From: Octopus sinensis
Taxonomy: Eukaryota
Direction of reading: 5' to 3'
Assembly (NCBI RefSeq): GCF_006345805.1
Contig: NC_042998.1
Span: forward strand, 80,786,001 to 80,850,000
Length of the DNA: 64,000 bases
Shown: piece by piece, positions 23,845 through 36,096 of the stretch
How positions within the stretch are numbered: position 1 is the stretch's first letter
Layout of the letters: each line of letters opens with the position of its first letter
Translations under genes and position numbers: made by a program
The notes under the pieces: model-generated
Told to the model about the DNA's origin: nothing
Seen by the model: the letters and a program-made list of their open reading frames with translations, nothing else
Databases searched by the model: none

Positions 23845-24960
23845 ATAGGGATATATCTTGACTTTGCAAAGGCATTTGATAAGGTAGATCACGGTATGAT
23901 ATGTCATAAGCTACGAGACCTTGCCATTGCTGGTAAACTGAGTGTGTCCGCATGACTTCCTTAAAGACAGAAGTCAGGTAGTTGCAGCCAATGGTGCCCT
24001 TTATGAGGATACTCAAATCCTAAGTGGCATCTCCCAGGGGAACTGTTCTGGGGTCATTACTGTTCATAATAGACATGCCCACGATCACTCAGACAACCAC
24101 TGTTACTAGCTATGCCGATGATATAAAATTATCACAGGCAATAAAAAAATCAAGATGACGTCACTTGCTTACAGCGGGACCAGAGTTCGATATACAAGTG
24201 GGCCGAAATAAACAACATGCAGTTTAATGCTTGAAAATTTCCGGCACTGCACTATCAACTCACGAATGCACCACAGCCTGGATGTACAGGACCCAAAGGC
24301 ACTACAATCCCAGAGCCACAGGCAGTGAAAGACTTGGGGATCAGTATAAGCGATGACGCATCATTTTATATCTACATTACCAAAATGGCAGTAAAGTGCA
24401 GACACCTGGCAGGATGGATACTGAGGTCCTTCAAGACAAGAGACCAAGAAACTATGTAGACCCTGTGGAGAACCTTTGTTCTCAACCGCCTGGACTGCTG
24501 CTCCTAGTTTTGGTCACCACATAGTGCCAAACTAACAGCGGAGCTGAACACAGTCCAACGCCACGACACTAAAAAGATTGAAACAGTGCTGCGGATGAGC
24601 TACAGGGATAGGCTGAGAAAATTGCAACTTTACTCTCTGGAGCGAAGGCGCGAGAGATATGCAATAATCTACATATGGAAAACTCTAGAAGGGCTAGTAC
24701 CTAAGTTCGGCATTGAAAGTTATACAAATACCAGAACTAGCCGCCATTATAATGTACCAGAGGTACCATCCACTCCATCTAAATTCAGGACCAGGTACTA
24801 CAATAGTCTAGGTTTCAAAGGCCCCCAGCTCTTCAATGCCCTGTCAAAAAAATTAAGAAATCTGAATAAGGTGGAAGTATATCTTCAAAAAGGAATTAGA
24901 CATCCTCCTCTCCACAATACTGGATGAACCAACAGCCCGACATGAGGTACAGACGAGGGC
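23845..24960 (+). mobile_element. Decayed CR1-group LINE (RT core plus C-terminus)
   Basis: Fragments DFAKAFDKVDHGMICHKL, DFLKDRSQVV, SGISQG, YADD, LYSLERRRERYAIIYIWK and SLGFKGPQLFNAL, with stops and frameshifts. Confidence 0.85.
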
Positions 24961-25454
24961 AACAGAAACAAACTCGCTTATACACCAAATGGGCCAACAT
25001 TTGGGACAAAGGCACATGCAGGAGTGGTGATGTGAAACACCCCAGACTGAGGAAATTAGAAAGACCACGGTGGTGTTCCAACATGATCGCAGCCGCATGG
25101 CCGAAACGAGTAAAAGAGTAATATATATATATATATATATACATAGAAGTAAATATATGGCACAACGAAGTACCGATATTTACTGGAAATAGCGAACGTA
25201 ATAATACGACGCTAATGTATAGCTTCACCGCGTATGTACTAGCAAAAATGCGTGAGTGCAACAAACTTGAAAAACATACCTCCAGGGAGAACATTTGAAA
25301 GATGAAATACCTAGAAAAGGATAATGTGGGACCGGAGCCGGTTTCAGATTTTTCGAGATATGCCTGTACACATATACTTGATCTATCTTCATCAGCCAAA
25401 CATATACCACGACAACATTTCAGATGTTACCACATTAATACCAATACACTCGAC

Positions 25455-25485
<31 letters not shown>

Positions 25486-25508
25486 GTGTGTGTGTTATAA
25501 CCAGAAAG

Positions 25509-25622
25509 GGCTCTGATGAAGGTAGAGTTAATTTTTTTAGGTAGTTAAAATTTTCTCAACTGATCAATAGCCAAATTAAGTAAACCTATCAGTATAATGA
25601 CTACTGGAAACAGCTGTAAGCC
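25509..25622 (+). ncRNA. Type I hammerhead candidate, long helix II
   Basis: GGCT-CTGATGA-A-GGTAG...CTACT-G-GAAA-CAGCTG-TA-AGCC; core intact, palindromic ACAGCTGT, A.G mismatch at the helix II base. Confidence 0.6.
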
Positions 25623-25672
25623 AAATTTGCTCTAATAAAGGAAAATATGCAATGGCCATTATTTATACCTTG

Positions 25673-25722
<50 letters not shown>

Positions 25723-25829
25723 GTACATATATATGCATATATATACCCTTTTATTCTTTTCTATTATTCAGCTCTAAGAACGTGGCCATGCTGGGGCCCC
25801 ATTAGTGTTATCACCTTTTAAATGGCTAG

Positions 25830-26990
25830 TTTTAAGTGATTGGCTTTTGGTGAAGAAGGGAGTTCGACACTGCTACCCTCTTTTGAGTTTTCCACCTTGA
25901 TATTGGTTCATGTGGGATCTTGGATAACAAAAGATCAAGTTGTTTCTTGAAAACATCTACTCCAACTCCATGGAAATCCATCCCTCAGATGTTGTGGCAA
26001 GGCGTTAAATATCCTTGGGCTCTTGAATCCCATGGTATTGCAGTACATGGTCCTCACTCTAGATGGGACAGTTGGGACCTTTAGAACAGTGCAGGGACGT
26101 CCAATTCAAGGTGGTATAACTCTCGATTCCAAACTTTAGTGCCAGCCCCTCCAATATCTTCCACACATATAGCATTGCATACTTTCCACACATATATGTG
26201 TGTCTTCCACACACGTATCACTCATCCGTCTTTGCTCCAGAGAGTAGAGTCGTAGCTCTTTTAGTCTCTCCCAGTAGCTTAGCTATTCCCTTGATACAAT
26301 TTTCATTGTGTAACATCGCTGAACCTCACGCTGTAGGGTAACCACAGCTGAGAATTTGCCTGCATTGAATTTCATGTTGTTTTTCTCAGCCTTTGTATAT
26401 ATGGTATCTAGGTCTTTCTGTAGATTAACGTCAGAAGGTTCCTTGACTGCTTCTACTACTTTTGTGTCGTCGACATAGCTAGTAAGAGTGGCTGTCTGTG
26501 TAACTGATGGCATGTCTGACAGAACCACCATGAACAGCAACGGCCTCAGTACAGTTCCCTGAAGCACTCCACTCTCTATTACTGTCTCCATGGAGGGGAC
26601 TCCGTTGGCTGCTACAACCTTGCTTCTGTCTTTTAAGAAGTCATGCAACCACTCTCCGAGTTACCCGGTTATGCTGAGTCTCCGAAGCTTTTGACATATC
26701 ATCCCATGATCAACCTTATCAAAGGCCTTTGCAAAGTCAAGATATACCACATCAACATTTGTGCGATTCATTAACCGTTTCAACACTTAGTTATAGAGCT
26801 GCAAATGTTGTGTAAGGCAGCTCTTCCCGAGCGAAAGCCATACTACGTGCCAGGAAGCAAGTCATTATCTTCAAGGAACGCAATTAGTTTCTTCCTGACA
26901 ATGCGTTCTATGACTTTGCAGATGTGGGAGGTTAGAGAGACAAGTCTATAATTTTTAGCACCTGCCCTGCTACCTCCCATAAGGATAGGA
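25830..26990 (-). mobile_element. Second decayed copy of the same CR1-group LINE, internally deleted
   Basis: Minus fragments NYRLVSLTSHICKV, VDVVYLDFAKAFDKVDHG, HDFLKDRSKVV...SGVLQGTVL...YVDDTK...NNMKFNAGKF and YVWKILEGLALKFGIESYT. Confidence 0.85.
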
Positions 26991-27059
26991 CGCCCTAAGG
27001 GTTTTTCTTTTTCGCAGAAATTGACATCAGGTGTTATTCCTTGTAAGACTAGCGTTTTC

Positions 27060-27501
27060 TTTTATCGGAACGCTTGACGGGGACAAACACAAGGCACAAA
27101 GTCACACACACACACACACACACACATACACACACACACACATAGACATATATATATGCATACATAGACATATATATATGCATACATATATATATATACA
27201 TATATATATATACATATATATATGCACACATATATATACATATACATGTATATATATACATATACATATATATATACACATATACACATATATATATATA
27301 CATATACATACATATATGTATACATATACATTTATATACATATACATATGCATATATATATACATATACATATATATACATATACATATATACATATACA
27401 TATACATATATATATATATACATATACATACACATACATAAATATATATATATATACATATTTATAGATATACATATATACATATACATACATATATATA
27501 T

Positions 27502-27550
<49 letters not shown>

Positions 27551-27950
27551 CATACATGCATATATATACATACATATATATATATACATATACATATACA
27601 TATATACATATACATATATACATATACATATATATATATATACACATACATATATATATATGCATTTGCATACATATATATATACATACATACATATATA
27701 TACATATATATACATACATATATACACATATACATACATATATATATACATATATATATATGCACACACACACACACACATGTATATATACATATACGAC
27801 AGGCTTCCTTCAGTTTCCGTCTACCAAATCCACTCACAAAGCTTCGGTTGTCCCGCGGCTATAGTAGAAAATACTTGTCCAAAGTGCCTCGCAGTGGTAC
27901 TGAACTCAGAACCGTGTGGTTGGGAAGCAGGCTTCTTACAACCACACCCA
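27060..27950 (-). mobile_element. SINE family C split by a ~690 bp (CA)/(TA)/(CATATA) microsatellite expansion
   Basis: Head half at 27795-27950, tail piece at ~27060-27100, microsatellite between them. Confidence 0.7.
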
Positions 27951-28492
27951 AGTCGTGTTTGCTTGCTTGAATATCTGCATACACACATGCAGTCACATAT
28001 AAAATGTGTGTGTGTGTGTGTGTGTGAGTGAGAGAGAGAGAGAAACTTACAGGAGAAGAGAAAAGATTGAGAAAGAACTAATAGGCCTGTAAGAGCTATT
28101 GAAATGTTCGGACAAAAAGACAAATTGCTAAGCATTCTGTTGTTTGATTCTCTTTGTCCATTCAATGTTGAATCTTTAGTATATCGCCAGGTTAATCTCT
28201 ATCACACCATCAAATCAATAGTAGCTCTATTATGCGTCGAATTCTTAACCGCTTTTGGAATCAAAACAGGTGTCTCAACAATAAGCGATTGCCGTAAGAT
28301 CAGTTATCATTCTGAAATAGCTTATCATACAATTTTAAGCATTAATTGAATTTTATTTTTTAATGACTTCATTTCATTTGTTATGAAACTTTTGTGAACA
28401 AAAGAAGACTTCCACTCCTATGTCATATTTTGCTTAAACCAGTAGCCAGGTTGTTACGGGTTTTTATCAATAATATATGGATAACATTGTGC

Positions 28493-28810
28493 ATTGGGTG
28501 TCTAAAAACTTTGTATAATTTTCGCAATAGTTTGGTGACCTTTTGTTTTATTCGTTGAGTTACAACAAAAGTAGCCTAACATTCAAAGTAGAGGCCATCG
28601 TGTTGCACCATCTGGAGACATCTTTCTGCCAGATGTTTGGTTCCACACTGATACCAGTTCTCGTCCTTTAATGCGAAGAACTCCTTTACTGAGGCTTCTG
28701 CCCCATCTTCATTGATGAAGCGTCGCAAGCGCAGGGAGTGAGCCATGGATTGGGGAAAATGATAATCCGAGGGAGATATTTTCCTGCAATCCCAAAATAA
28801 GCAGTTGTTA
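28493..28810 (-). mobile_element. mariner (DD34D) transposase 3' fragment with TIR
   Basis: SPSDYHFPQSMAHSL...VKEFFALKDENWY...MVQHDGLYFE-stop; TIR-like end at 28493-28520. Confidence 0.8.
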
Positions 28811-28849
28811 AGCAAAGGCGAGCTTCCGGTTGCCAAACATATACGTTTC

Positions 28850-29376
28850 GAACATGTGGTGATGCTCTACATCTGGTAAAATTATGAGGGAATGATTCGA
28901 TACGAGTTCGTTCCGGACGGTCGTACCATGGATGCCAACCTGCAATCCAAACAACGGATGTTGGACATTTTGCGGAAAAAGATATCCGGTATTCGTTAAC
29001 AGAAAATGAGCTCTTCTGCAGCAAGACAAAACAAGTCCACATACCGCTTGAGCGACCTGGAATAAACTACAGAAACTTGGTGGAATTGAACTAATACTAC
29101 ACCCAGCATTTAGTCCGAACCTAGCTCCCTCGGATTATTGCTTGTTCTGATCCATGGCTCACTTCCTGAGCTCGCGACACTTCATCAACCAAAAGGATGT
29201 GGAAGCTTCATTTAAGGAGTTCTTTGCCTCGAAGGGAATCAAAACATCGGCAGAAAGGTGGTTTCAGACTGTGTAATACGATGGCATCTACTTTGAGCGC
29301 TAGGATGGTTTTGTTGTCATTTGATGAATAAAACAAATAAGTTACTAAAATATAAAACTTTTGACTCAACACTATA
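28850..29376 (+). mobile_element. mariner (DD34D) transposase 3' half with TIR
   Basis: VMLYIW...LLQQD...PHTA...HPAFSPNLAPSDY.LF.SMAHFL...YDGIYFE; TIR AAAACTTTTGACTCAACACTATA at ~29354-29376. Confidence 0.85.
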
Positions 29377-29477
29377 TAATATAAAGCGACCCCCATAAGC
29401 AATAAATACACGTATTTTTCAAGATATAGAATGACTCCTATGTTGAGCTGAACAAAAACATAAAATATGGCATACTT

Positions 29478-32262
29478 TCTAATACTTGGTTCTACGCTCC
29501 ATTGAGACGTGGTGCCTCTCTACGATTCCGTTACCGCTCGGCCTATACGCTGCTCTGAACAAGCGACACACTTTCCACCGGTCAAGCATATCCCTCAACG
29601 CTTCCGAACGAAATGCCGCCCCGTTGTCCATTAGCTGTTCTTCCACGGGACCCCTCTCTAAAAATATCCCGTTCAAAATTTGCGCAATTTCGTCAGCAAT
29701 GCCTGTCCTCTACTCCCTCCAAATGGCCAGCCGGTCAGGCCTGCAGTCGACCATGGAGAGATACATTCCCTGACGGTAGTGCGCCACATCTAGCCTCAGA
29801 TAGCCTCTTCCAGTTGTGCTCCACCGAAAGGTTTCCTTGCTCATGCCCACACGGAGTAGGGTCAATGGACTGACACCTGTCGCAGCTCCCGACCACTTTC
29901 CGGATGCTTCTCCTATTGACATCAGCATCAATCATCTTCACGAGATACAGGGTCCTGTCCTCACCCAAGTGATGCATAACGTGCAGTCTCTTCAGTTCAT
30001 CCAACCGACACGCCGCAGCTATCCCTTTCTGTGCTTCTCCACGCCCTTTAGAGCAGCTCCCCCTTCCATAGAGTCCGGTGGCTTCGCAATCAGTCCGAAC
30101 TTCTCCCGATGTCTCACTACCTCGTTGGCTGGCACTACAGTTTCGTCCACCAAAATGTCGTCTGTGTAGGAACTGGTGGCTTTTCTTATCTTGTCCTCTT
30201 TCCCTTGGACGGATTTAAGCACCGCCGCCATTATCTTCGGAGCGAAATTCAGTACGAAACCCAGCCTGGTTAAATAGTACGTCCGACCCTTGTACCGCAC
30301 CAGCTGATATCGCCTCAGTTTGTCGCTCACATGGAGCTGCAAGTATGCCGATTTCAAGTCGACAATCGCCGCTGCATTGGTCGACTGTCTCCACACACGT
30401 AACGTCTCGCCACAAACGTCCGTCGCCTCGCCTCCCGTGTGGCACGATACATGCTCGTTTAGCTCCCTAAAGTCCAGCATCGGTTTGACTTTTCCCTCGT
30501 CGGCTGCACCACCGCCATCAGAAGTAGCACTCCGCCAACTACCTCCTCCTCCCAAGGGACAAGGACCCCTTCCTCGATCCACCTCTCTACCTCGTCTTCA
30601 AACTCGACCCTGGCGTGACTTTCCAGGGTACGCTGGTAGCAGCTCACCCTGTTCTTCAGCATCGGGGGCTCGTCTTTCCATTGCCACTCTATCGTCCACC
30701 TCTGACCATCGAACGCCGCCTGAAAATCCTTGTCCTCAATGGTGTAAGCGGCGCAGTCCCTCGCAGGGCTGTGCTTTCTCTGGCGATCCTGACTCACAGC
30801 ACACGACGCTCCCGCGCTTCCGAACGTGTGACCTCATCTCCTACAATACTGACACCACCGAGGCGTCATCACCACATCAACCCCGTCTATCAGGCGTTCA
30901 ACCACAATTACCTGCAACCTTAGCGCCTCGTACCACTATCTCTACATTGCTGCTGTGTTTGCATCAGATTTCGCTGCCGTTGACCGCCCTGACGTTACTT
31001 GCTCCATTCCATTTCTTCGTCACCTTTGAAGTCACGAGGGTGGTCGTGCAACTTGTATCCACTAGGGCCTCGACATCAATTAAGGGCAGCGTCTCCAAAA
31101 GCGCCTCTGCTCATTTGCGGGGAAAGTTCGAGAGGCAGCAACTTCCCCACGGTCGTTTTCCTGGACGCAATCACGAGCGATGTGCCCTGTCTGCCTGCAT
31201 CGATAGCAGACGGGCCCCGGTTGCGTACACTCCCTCGCCATGTGCGACCCTGACATTTAAATCACCGGCCTGACAACGGCCGCTGTCGTTGCACGGTAGG
31301 CTTCTTCGCGTCTTTCTCCGGCCGTCGGCCGCCTTTATGCGCCTCCGTTACCGCCATCGCTATCGCCTTCCGTCCAGTGTTTCGCGTCAACACGCGGGCT
31401 TGAGTCACAAGTTCACACAGTGTCATCTTTTTGCCCCCGGGCAATTGCTGCAGTCGAATCCCTACGTCGTCAGGGAACCCACTTACGAACGCCAGTCGCG
31501 CTGCTCTGTCCAGGCCTTCTCCTGTAAACCCAGCCAGCGTGGCTAGCCCACGCACCTCCGCCGCGTATTCATCCACCTGCTCTCCCGTCCATCTAATCGT
31601 GCCCAGCTTAACAAAGGCTGTATATTCACATTCGGTGTAAGCTTCTCTCAGACGTTGCTCAATCTTCTCCTCACTCAGACGTTCTTCTTCATCCATCTCG
31701 AGGTATAGAGTCAACGTGCTCCCTTCCAAATATAGCGCCATAAGGCTCGCCACGTCGCTAATGCCTTGCAATCTCGCCACAAGCCTGATTTTACGCATCC
31801 AGGTCACTATATCGCCCTCACCATTAAAGGGTCTGATAACGTCGCTGGCGATCCTGATTTTAGCTGCCATCGTAGTGACGTCTTATGTGGAGCGCCGAAG
31901 TAGCTTGTGGTGTATGCGGGAGATTTGAAGTAAAGACACCTACCTTCTCTTCGTCGACGCAGACCTCTCTGGCGGTAACGCACACTTCCACGTGGCCCGA
32001 CCCGAACGCTAAAAATTGCAGCTGCTTTTCCCTTACCTTGTCGAAGCGCTCACTCGTCCAACACTGTCGGTTACTCCAATCGAAAAGGCCTAATTGTCCC
32101 CTGCCTGCGCGCGCGTCACTCCTGCGCCCTTCCTCTTCCGGTCAGCCCCAAGTTCCGGTCAGATCCTCAGCTGCTGACGTCATCCCACATCAGCTTGTGG
32201 TCCTTCGCAAAGGATCAGAATTTCTGTAGTAACTCGGGAGGAAAGGGTATTTGTACTCCATC
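29478..32262 (-). mobile_element. Ty3/gypsy LTR retrotransposon remnant: 5' LTR, gag, protease, partial RT, integrase; RNase H region and 3' LTR missing
   Basis: Gag 31262-31870 (FNGEGDIVTWMRKIRLVARLQ...). Protease ALVDTSCT near 31040-31070. RT with VKPMLDFRELN, IVDLKSAYLQLHV and YTDDILV. Integrase zinc finger HVMHH...CDRC and core DVAHY...MDNG...GNGIVERHH. Many frameshifts. Confidence 0.92.
31886..32262 (-). repeat. 5' LTR of the gypsy element (~375 bp)
   Basis: Inverted termini TGTGGAG (31886) and CTCCA (32256-32260); GC-rich; perfect TGACGTCA at 32175-32182; ends 15 nt before the gag ATG. Confidence 0.65.
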
Positions 32263-32464
32263 CATATACTAATACTTCCTTTGTTTCCTGCCTTGTTGTC
32301 TTGCAGGTGTTGTTGTGTTGGTAGGTCAATGTCTTATTGTTGGTAGTCATGGATTCCTGTTGATGAATAGTTCTTCCATTGTTGATGCTGATGACTTAAA
32401 GGTTCTCAATTGGTTATTGCGGGTCATTTCCTATAGACTTTGTAACGAGTAAACATTACTTGTA

Positions 32465-32917
32465 CGAGGTGGTATCAAAACGTTCCAGAACTAGTTATGT
32501 TTAATATAAAAAAGTAACTTATTTACCTAAGTTCTAACATCATTTCCTTCGAAGTAGTCACCTTGCACAGCAATATACAGGTTCCAGCGTTCTTGCCAGT
32601 TTTGGAAACCAGCCTGGAAGTCGTTTTCCGTAAGCGAGTCAAGAACCTTCTGCAATTCGCTTTTGATCTTGACAACGGTGTTAAACGGCGACCTTTGAGC
32701 TGCATTTTAATTTTGGGGAAGAGACAAAAATCGAAGACTGCAGCATGCACGTAATAACAAAAATACAGATTTCACAACTTCCGAAGTAAACACAGCGATG
32801 TCACTCGGCTAGCTGCCTCATGAAGGTCACTACTAGTTCTCAATGAGCACACAACCGTATGCTGCCATCTGTTGGCGCGCTACAGTACTAGTCCGGGAAT
32901 TGTTTGATATCGCCTCG
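32465..32917 (-). mobile_element. Internally deleted mariner element with both TIRs and TA target duplication
   Basis: TA|CGAGGTGGTATCAAAACGTTCCAGAACTAGT ... ACTAGTCCGGGAATTGTTTGATATCGCCTCG|TA; residual DFCLFPKIKMQLKGRR...GDYFEG. Confidence 0.9.
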
Positions 32918-33647
32918 TACAACTACTAGGACTATATGAATTGTCTGAATTCTGGTGGTGTAAATGATGCGAGGAAACATACCTAGCAGAATATTTTTCT
33001 TCACCCTCTCATGAGAATGTTAGTAGTGGTTGCAGCGAAATAAATCATTTTCTAAAATAACATGTAGAACAAAATAAAAAACAAAACTGAACACTGATGC
33101 TGTCCTGTATTCGAAAGCTACAATTGATAGATATATTTTAAATATTTAGTTAAAGAATGAGGGACATTATCCAAGACCTGATTATGTATATATAATGAGC
33201 CTCAACAATACCACACATCCACGTGCAAAATAATAGAACTAAATAAGATATATACAAAGTCGTTCTCATTTGATTCAAAAAACAGCAAACAAGGCCTGAC
33301 TCCACAATATTTGTGATGGCAACGTTTATCCAATTTTGAACCATATATATTGACAAAATAGAGCCGAATAATTTAGAAGTTGGCTTTATACTCATGAGAT
33401 CACGGTTTCGACTATATTGCGTGATATATTGTGCAAGTGTAATTTTCCATAGATACAGGCTGACCTATACCTTATGAGTGAGGTTGGGTTGAGGAAAACC
33501 TTGTAGAAGCCTGGTGGACGGATTGTTCCTGTAATTCAAACATTGTCACACTGTGTCATGCTGATTCAGCTTGAGAATTTACATTAAAACTACGCTTGTC
33601 TGTAGAATATTGAAATTCTTGCCACATTAATTTTATGAACCTAGTAA

Positions 33648-34076
33648 GGAGGTGAGCTGGCAGAAATGTTAGCCCACCGGGCGAAATGCTTAGCAGTATT
33701 TTGTCTGCCGTTACGTTCTGAGTTCAAATTCCGCCGAGGTCGATTTTGTCCTTCATCCTTTCGGGGTCAATAAATTAAGTACCAGTTACGCATTGGGGTC
33801 GATGTAATCAACTTAATCCCTTTGTCTGTCCTTGTTTGTCTCCTCTATGTTTAGCCCGTTGTGGGCAATAAAGAAATAAGAAACGTTAGAACGCCGGGAA
33901 AAATACTTAGCGGTATTTCGTCTGTCTTTACGCTCTGAATTCAAATTCCGCCGCGGTCGACTTTGCTTTTCATCCTTTCGGGGTCGATAATTTAAGTACC
34001 AGTTGCATACTGGGGTCGATATTATCGACTGCCCCTCCCCCCAAATTTCGGATTTTGCGCCTTGAGTAGAAAAGAA
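33648..34076 (+). mobile_element. SINE family A dimer with 17 bp target-site duplication
   Basis: Two units; TTTTATGAACCTAGTAA (33631-33647) and TTTTATGAACCTAATAA (34077-34093) flank the dimer. Confidence 0.92.
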
Positions 34077-34194
34077 TTTTATGAACCTAATAATTTAGTT
34101 GCTCGATCAAGTGAACTCTGACGGGCAAAAATTCGGACTGATATCCTTAGAAATTGAGATTGTCACATGTGGACAATGTCTGACTTATATGTGG

Positions 34195-34527
34195 ACAAAA
34201 TCAAGCTTATATTCTTTTATTCTTTTACCTGTTTCAGCTCCACCTTTTAGTCGAGCAAATCGACTTGTAAGCCTAGTGCTTATTTTATCGGTCTCTTTTG
34301 CTGAACCGCTAAGTTACGAGGACGTAAACACACCAGCGTCTTTTGTCAAGGGATGTTGGGGGGACAAACACACACACATATATATACGATAGGCTTCTTT
34401 CAGTTTCCGTCTACCAAATCCAATCACAAAGCTTTGGTTGGCCCGAGGCTATAGTAGAAGACATTTTCCCTAGGTGCCACGCAGTTGGAATGAACACAGA
34501 ACCATGTGGTTGGTAAGCAAGCTACTT
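34195..34527 (-). mobile_element. SINE family C, near full length
   Basis: Head, CORE-like segment, short (CA)n and tail (GAACCGCTAAGTTACGAGGACGTAAACAC) all present. Confidence 0.85.
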
Positions 34528-35994
34528 TTATTCATTTCATTTGCCATAAAGGCAGTACAGAGATGGGTAGCTTTGTGGGCTGGACAAGACATTGATGAGG
34601 CGAATGATAATGATACAAGATGATAAGGATGGGAAAAGACAGAAAGAGCCCGCCGACCTTCTGATTCTCTATAACATTGTTCTTTTAATAAAACACATAT
34701 TGAAGTAATAACCCTCTTACAATTTACAATGTTTTACAATTTCTTTGGACTAACAAGTCCATTACAATTAAAAACACAATTAGACACATATTGAGGCGAT
34801 GAACCTCTTACCTCACGTCCCCGAGTAATTCTCTTGCGGCCTGCAGGCATCCCTGCATCCGCAAGTCGGGGCCTAAAAAAAGTAATCTATAATCCCCCCT
34901 TGGGAAGGGGCCTGACATGTGAAAAAGTTCTTTCTTTCCAGTACCAGAGCAACCACCCGCGGAGGCCACCCTGGTCTGTCAATAAAAGTCGGGTCCATTA
35001 GTCCCCGACTATCAGGGACATTTTTCACATAATTATCAATGGCCCCTCCCCTGCGATAGAAGAACACAAATTCTTCCACTCTTTCATCGGGAGGGGCCTC
35101 AACTCCCTCGCTCGGTGGCACACATCCCACCAACGAGGTTTCCTTCTTCTCCCCCTCCGGTGGCACACATCCCACCGAACAGGTTTCGGTCCATGCCGCC
35201 GCTGGCGATGCCCCGATTTTCTTTTTTTTTCTTGCCATATATCTTAAAAGGGGTAAAATTTATTCATATTCAAAAGGGTAAAAAATATTGCGGACGAAAA
35301 GTAGGGTTACATAAAAATATATAAAATACTACGATAAAGGTATTTTTGCGTTAATTCGAACAACATTGGAAGAAAACGAAGAAATTAATCAAACAATGCG
35401 ATATTAAATATAACGGAGACTTTCCTGAGGTTTTGATTAAAACTTAAAGATAAAATGTTTTATTGAAATTTAGATATGGAAATTTTGAATGAAATGTTAT
35501 TCTCATAGTTATATGTTTAGTAATGGCTTCTGATTTTAAGGAGACCTGCTGGCAGAGTCTTTAGGCTTTCAGACAAAATATTTTGCGGTATTTTGTCCGT
35601 CTTTATGTTCTGAGTTCAAATGTCGCTGAGATCAGCTTTGCCTTTCATCCTTTTGGGCACAATAAAATTAGCACCAGTTGAGTACTGAAGTCGACGTAAT
35701 CGACTTATCCTCTAACTTGCTGGCTTTGTTTCAAAATTTGGAATCAATATTAAAATAGAGCAAACTATTGGTGAAATATAAATTTTGACAAGTAAGTGTA
35801 AAAAACTGCAATATGTATTTTAAAGCATCAATGAATGTTTAGTTTCTTTTCAATTCTTCGTTTAAATGAAAATATAAAAATCATATAATTGTTGACAATA
35901 AAATATTGATTTACAAGCTATGAATAAAAAAATCAATTTATATTTTTTTTCAATTTTCATTGTTTTCTTTATTCAACAACTTCCATAAGAAAAC

Positions 35995-36002
35995 TATAAA
36001 TA
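35995..36002 (+). promoter_or_regulatory. TATA box of gene B
   Basis: TATAAATA starts 41 nt upstream of the ATG at 36036, implying a very short 5' UTR; position-based inference only. Confidence 0.55.
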
Positions 36003-36035
36003 TGGCAACAAGTCATATCTCGACAAACCGTGAAA

Positions 36036-36096
36036 ATGGAACGAATAATCATAGCCGCCCTTCTGACAGTCTTTGTTTGCTGCTCGGCCGATCCCG
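36036..36096 (+). CDS. Gene B exon 1 (signal peptide)
   Basis: ATG GAA CGA ATA ATC ATA GCC ... GAT CCC G|gtaagt; hydrophobic core; phase matches exon 2. Confidence 0.85.
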
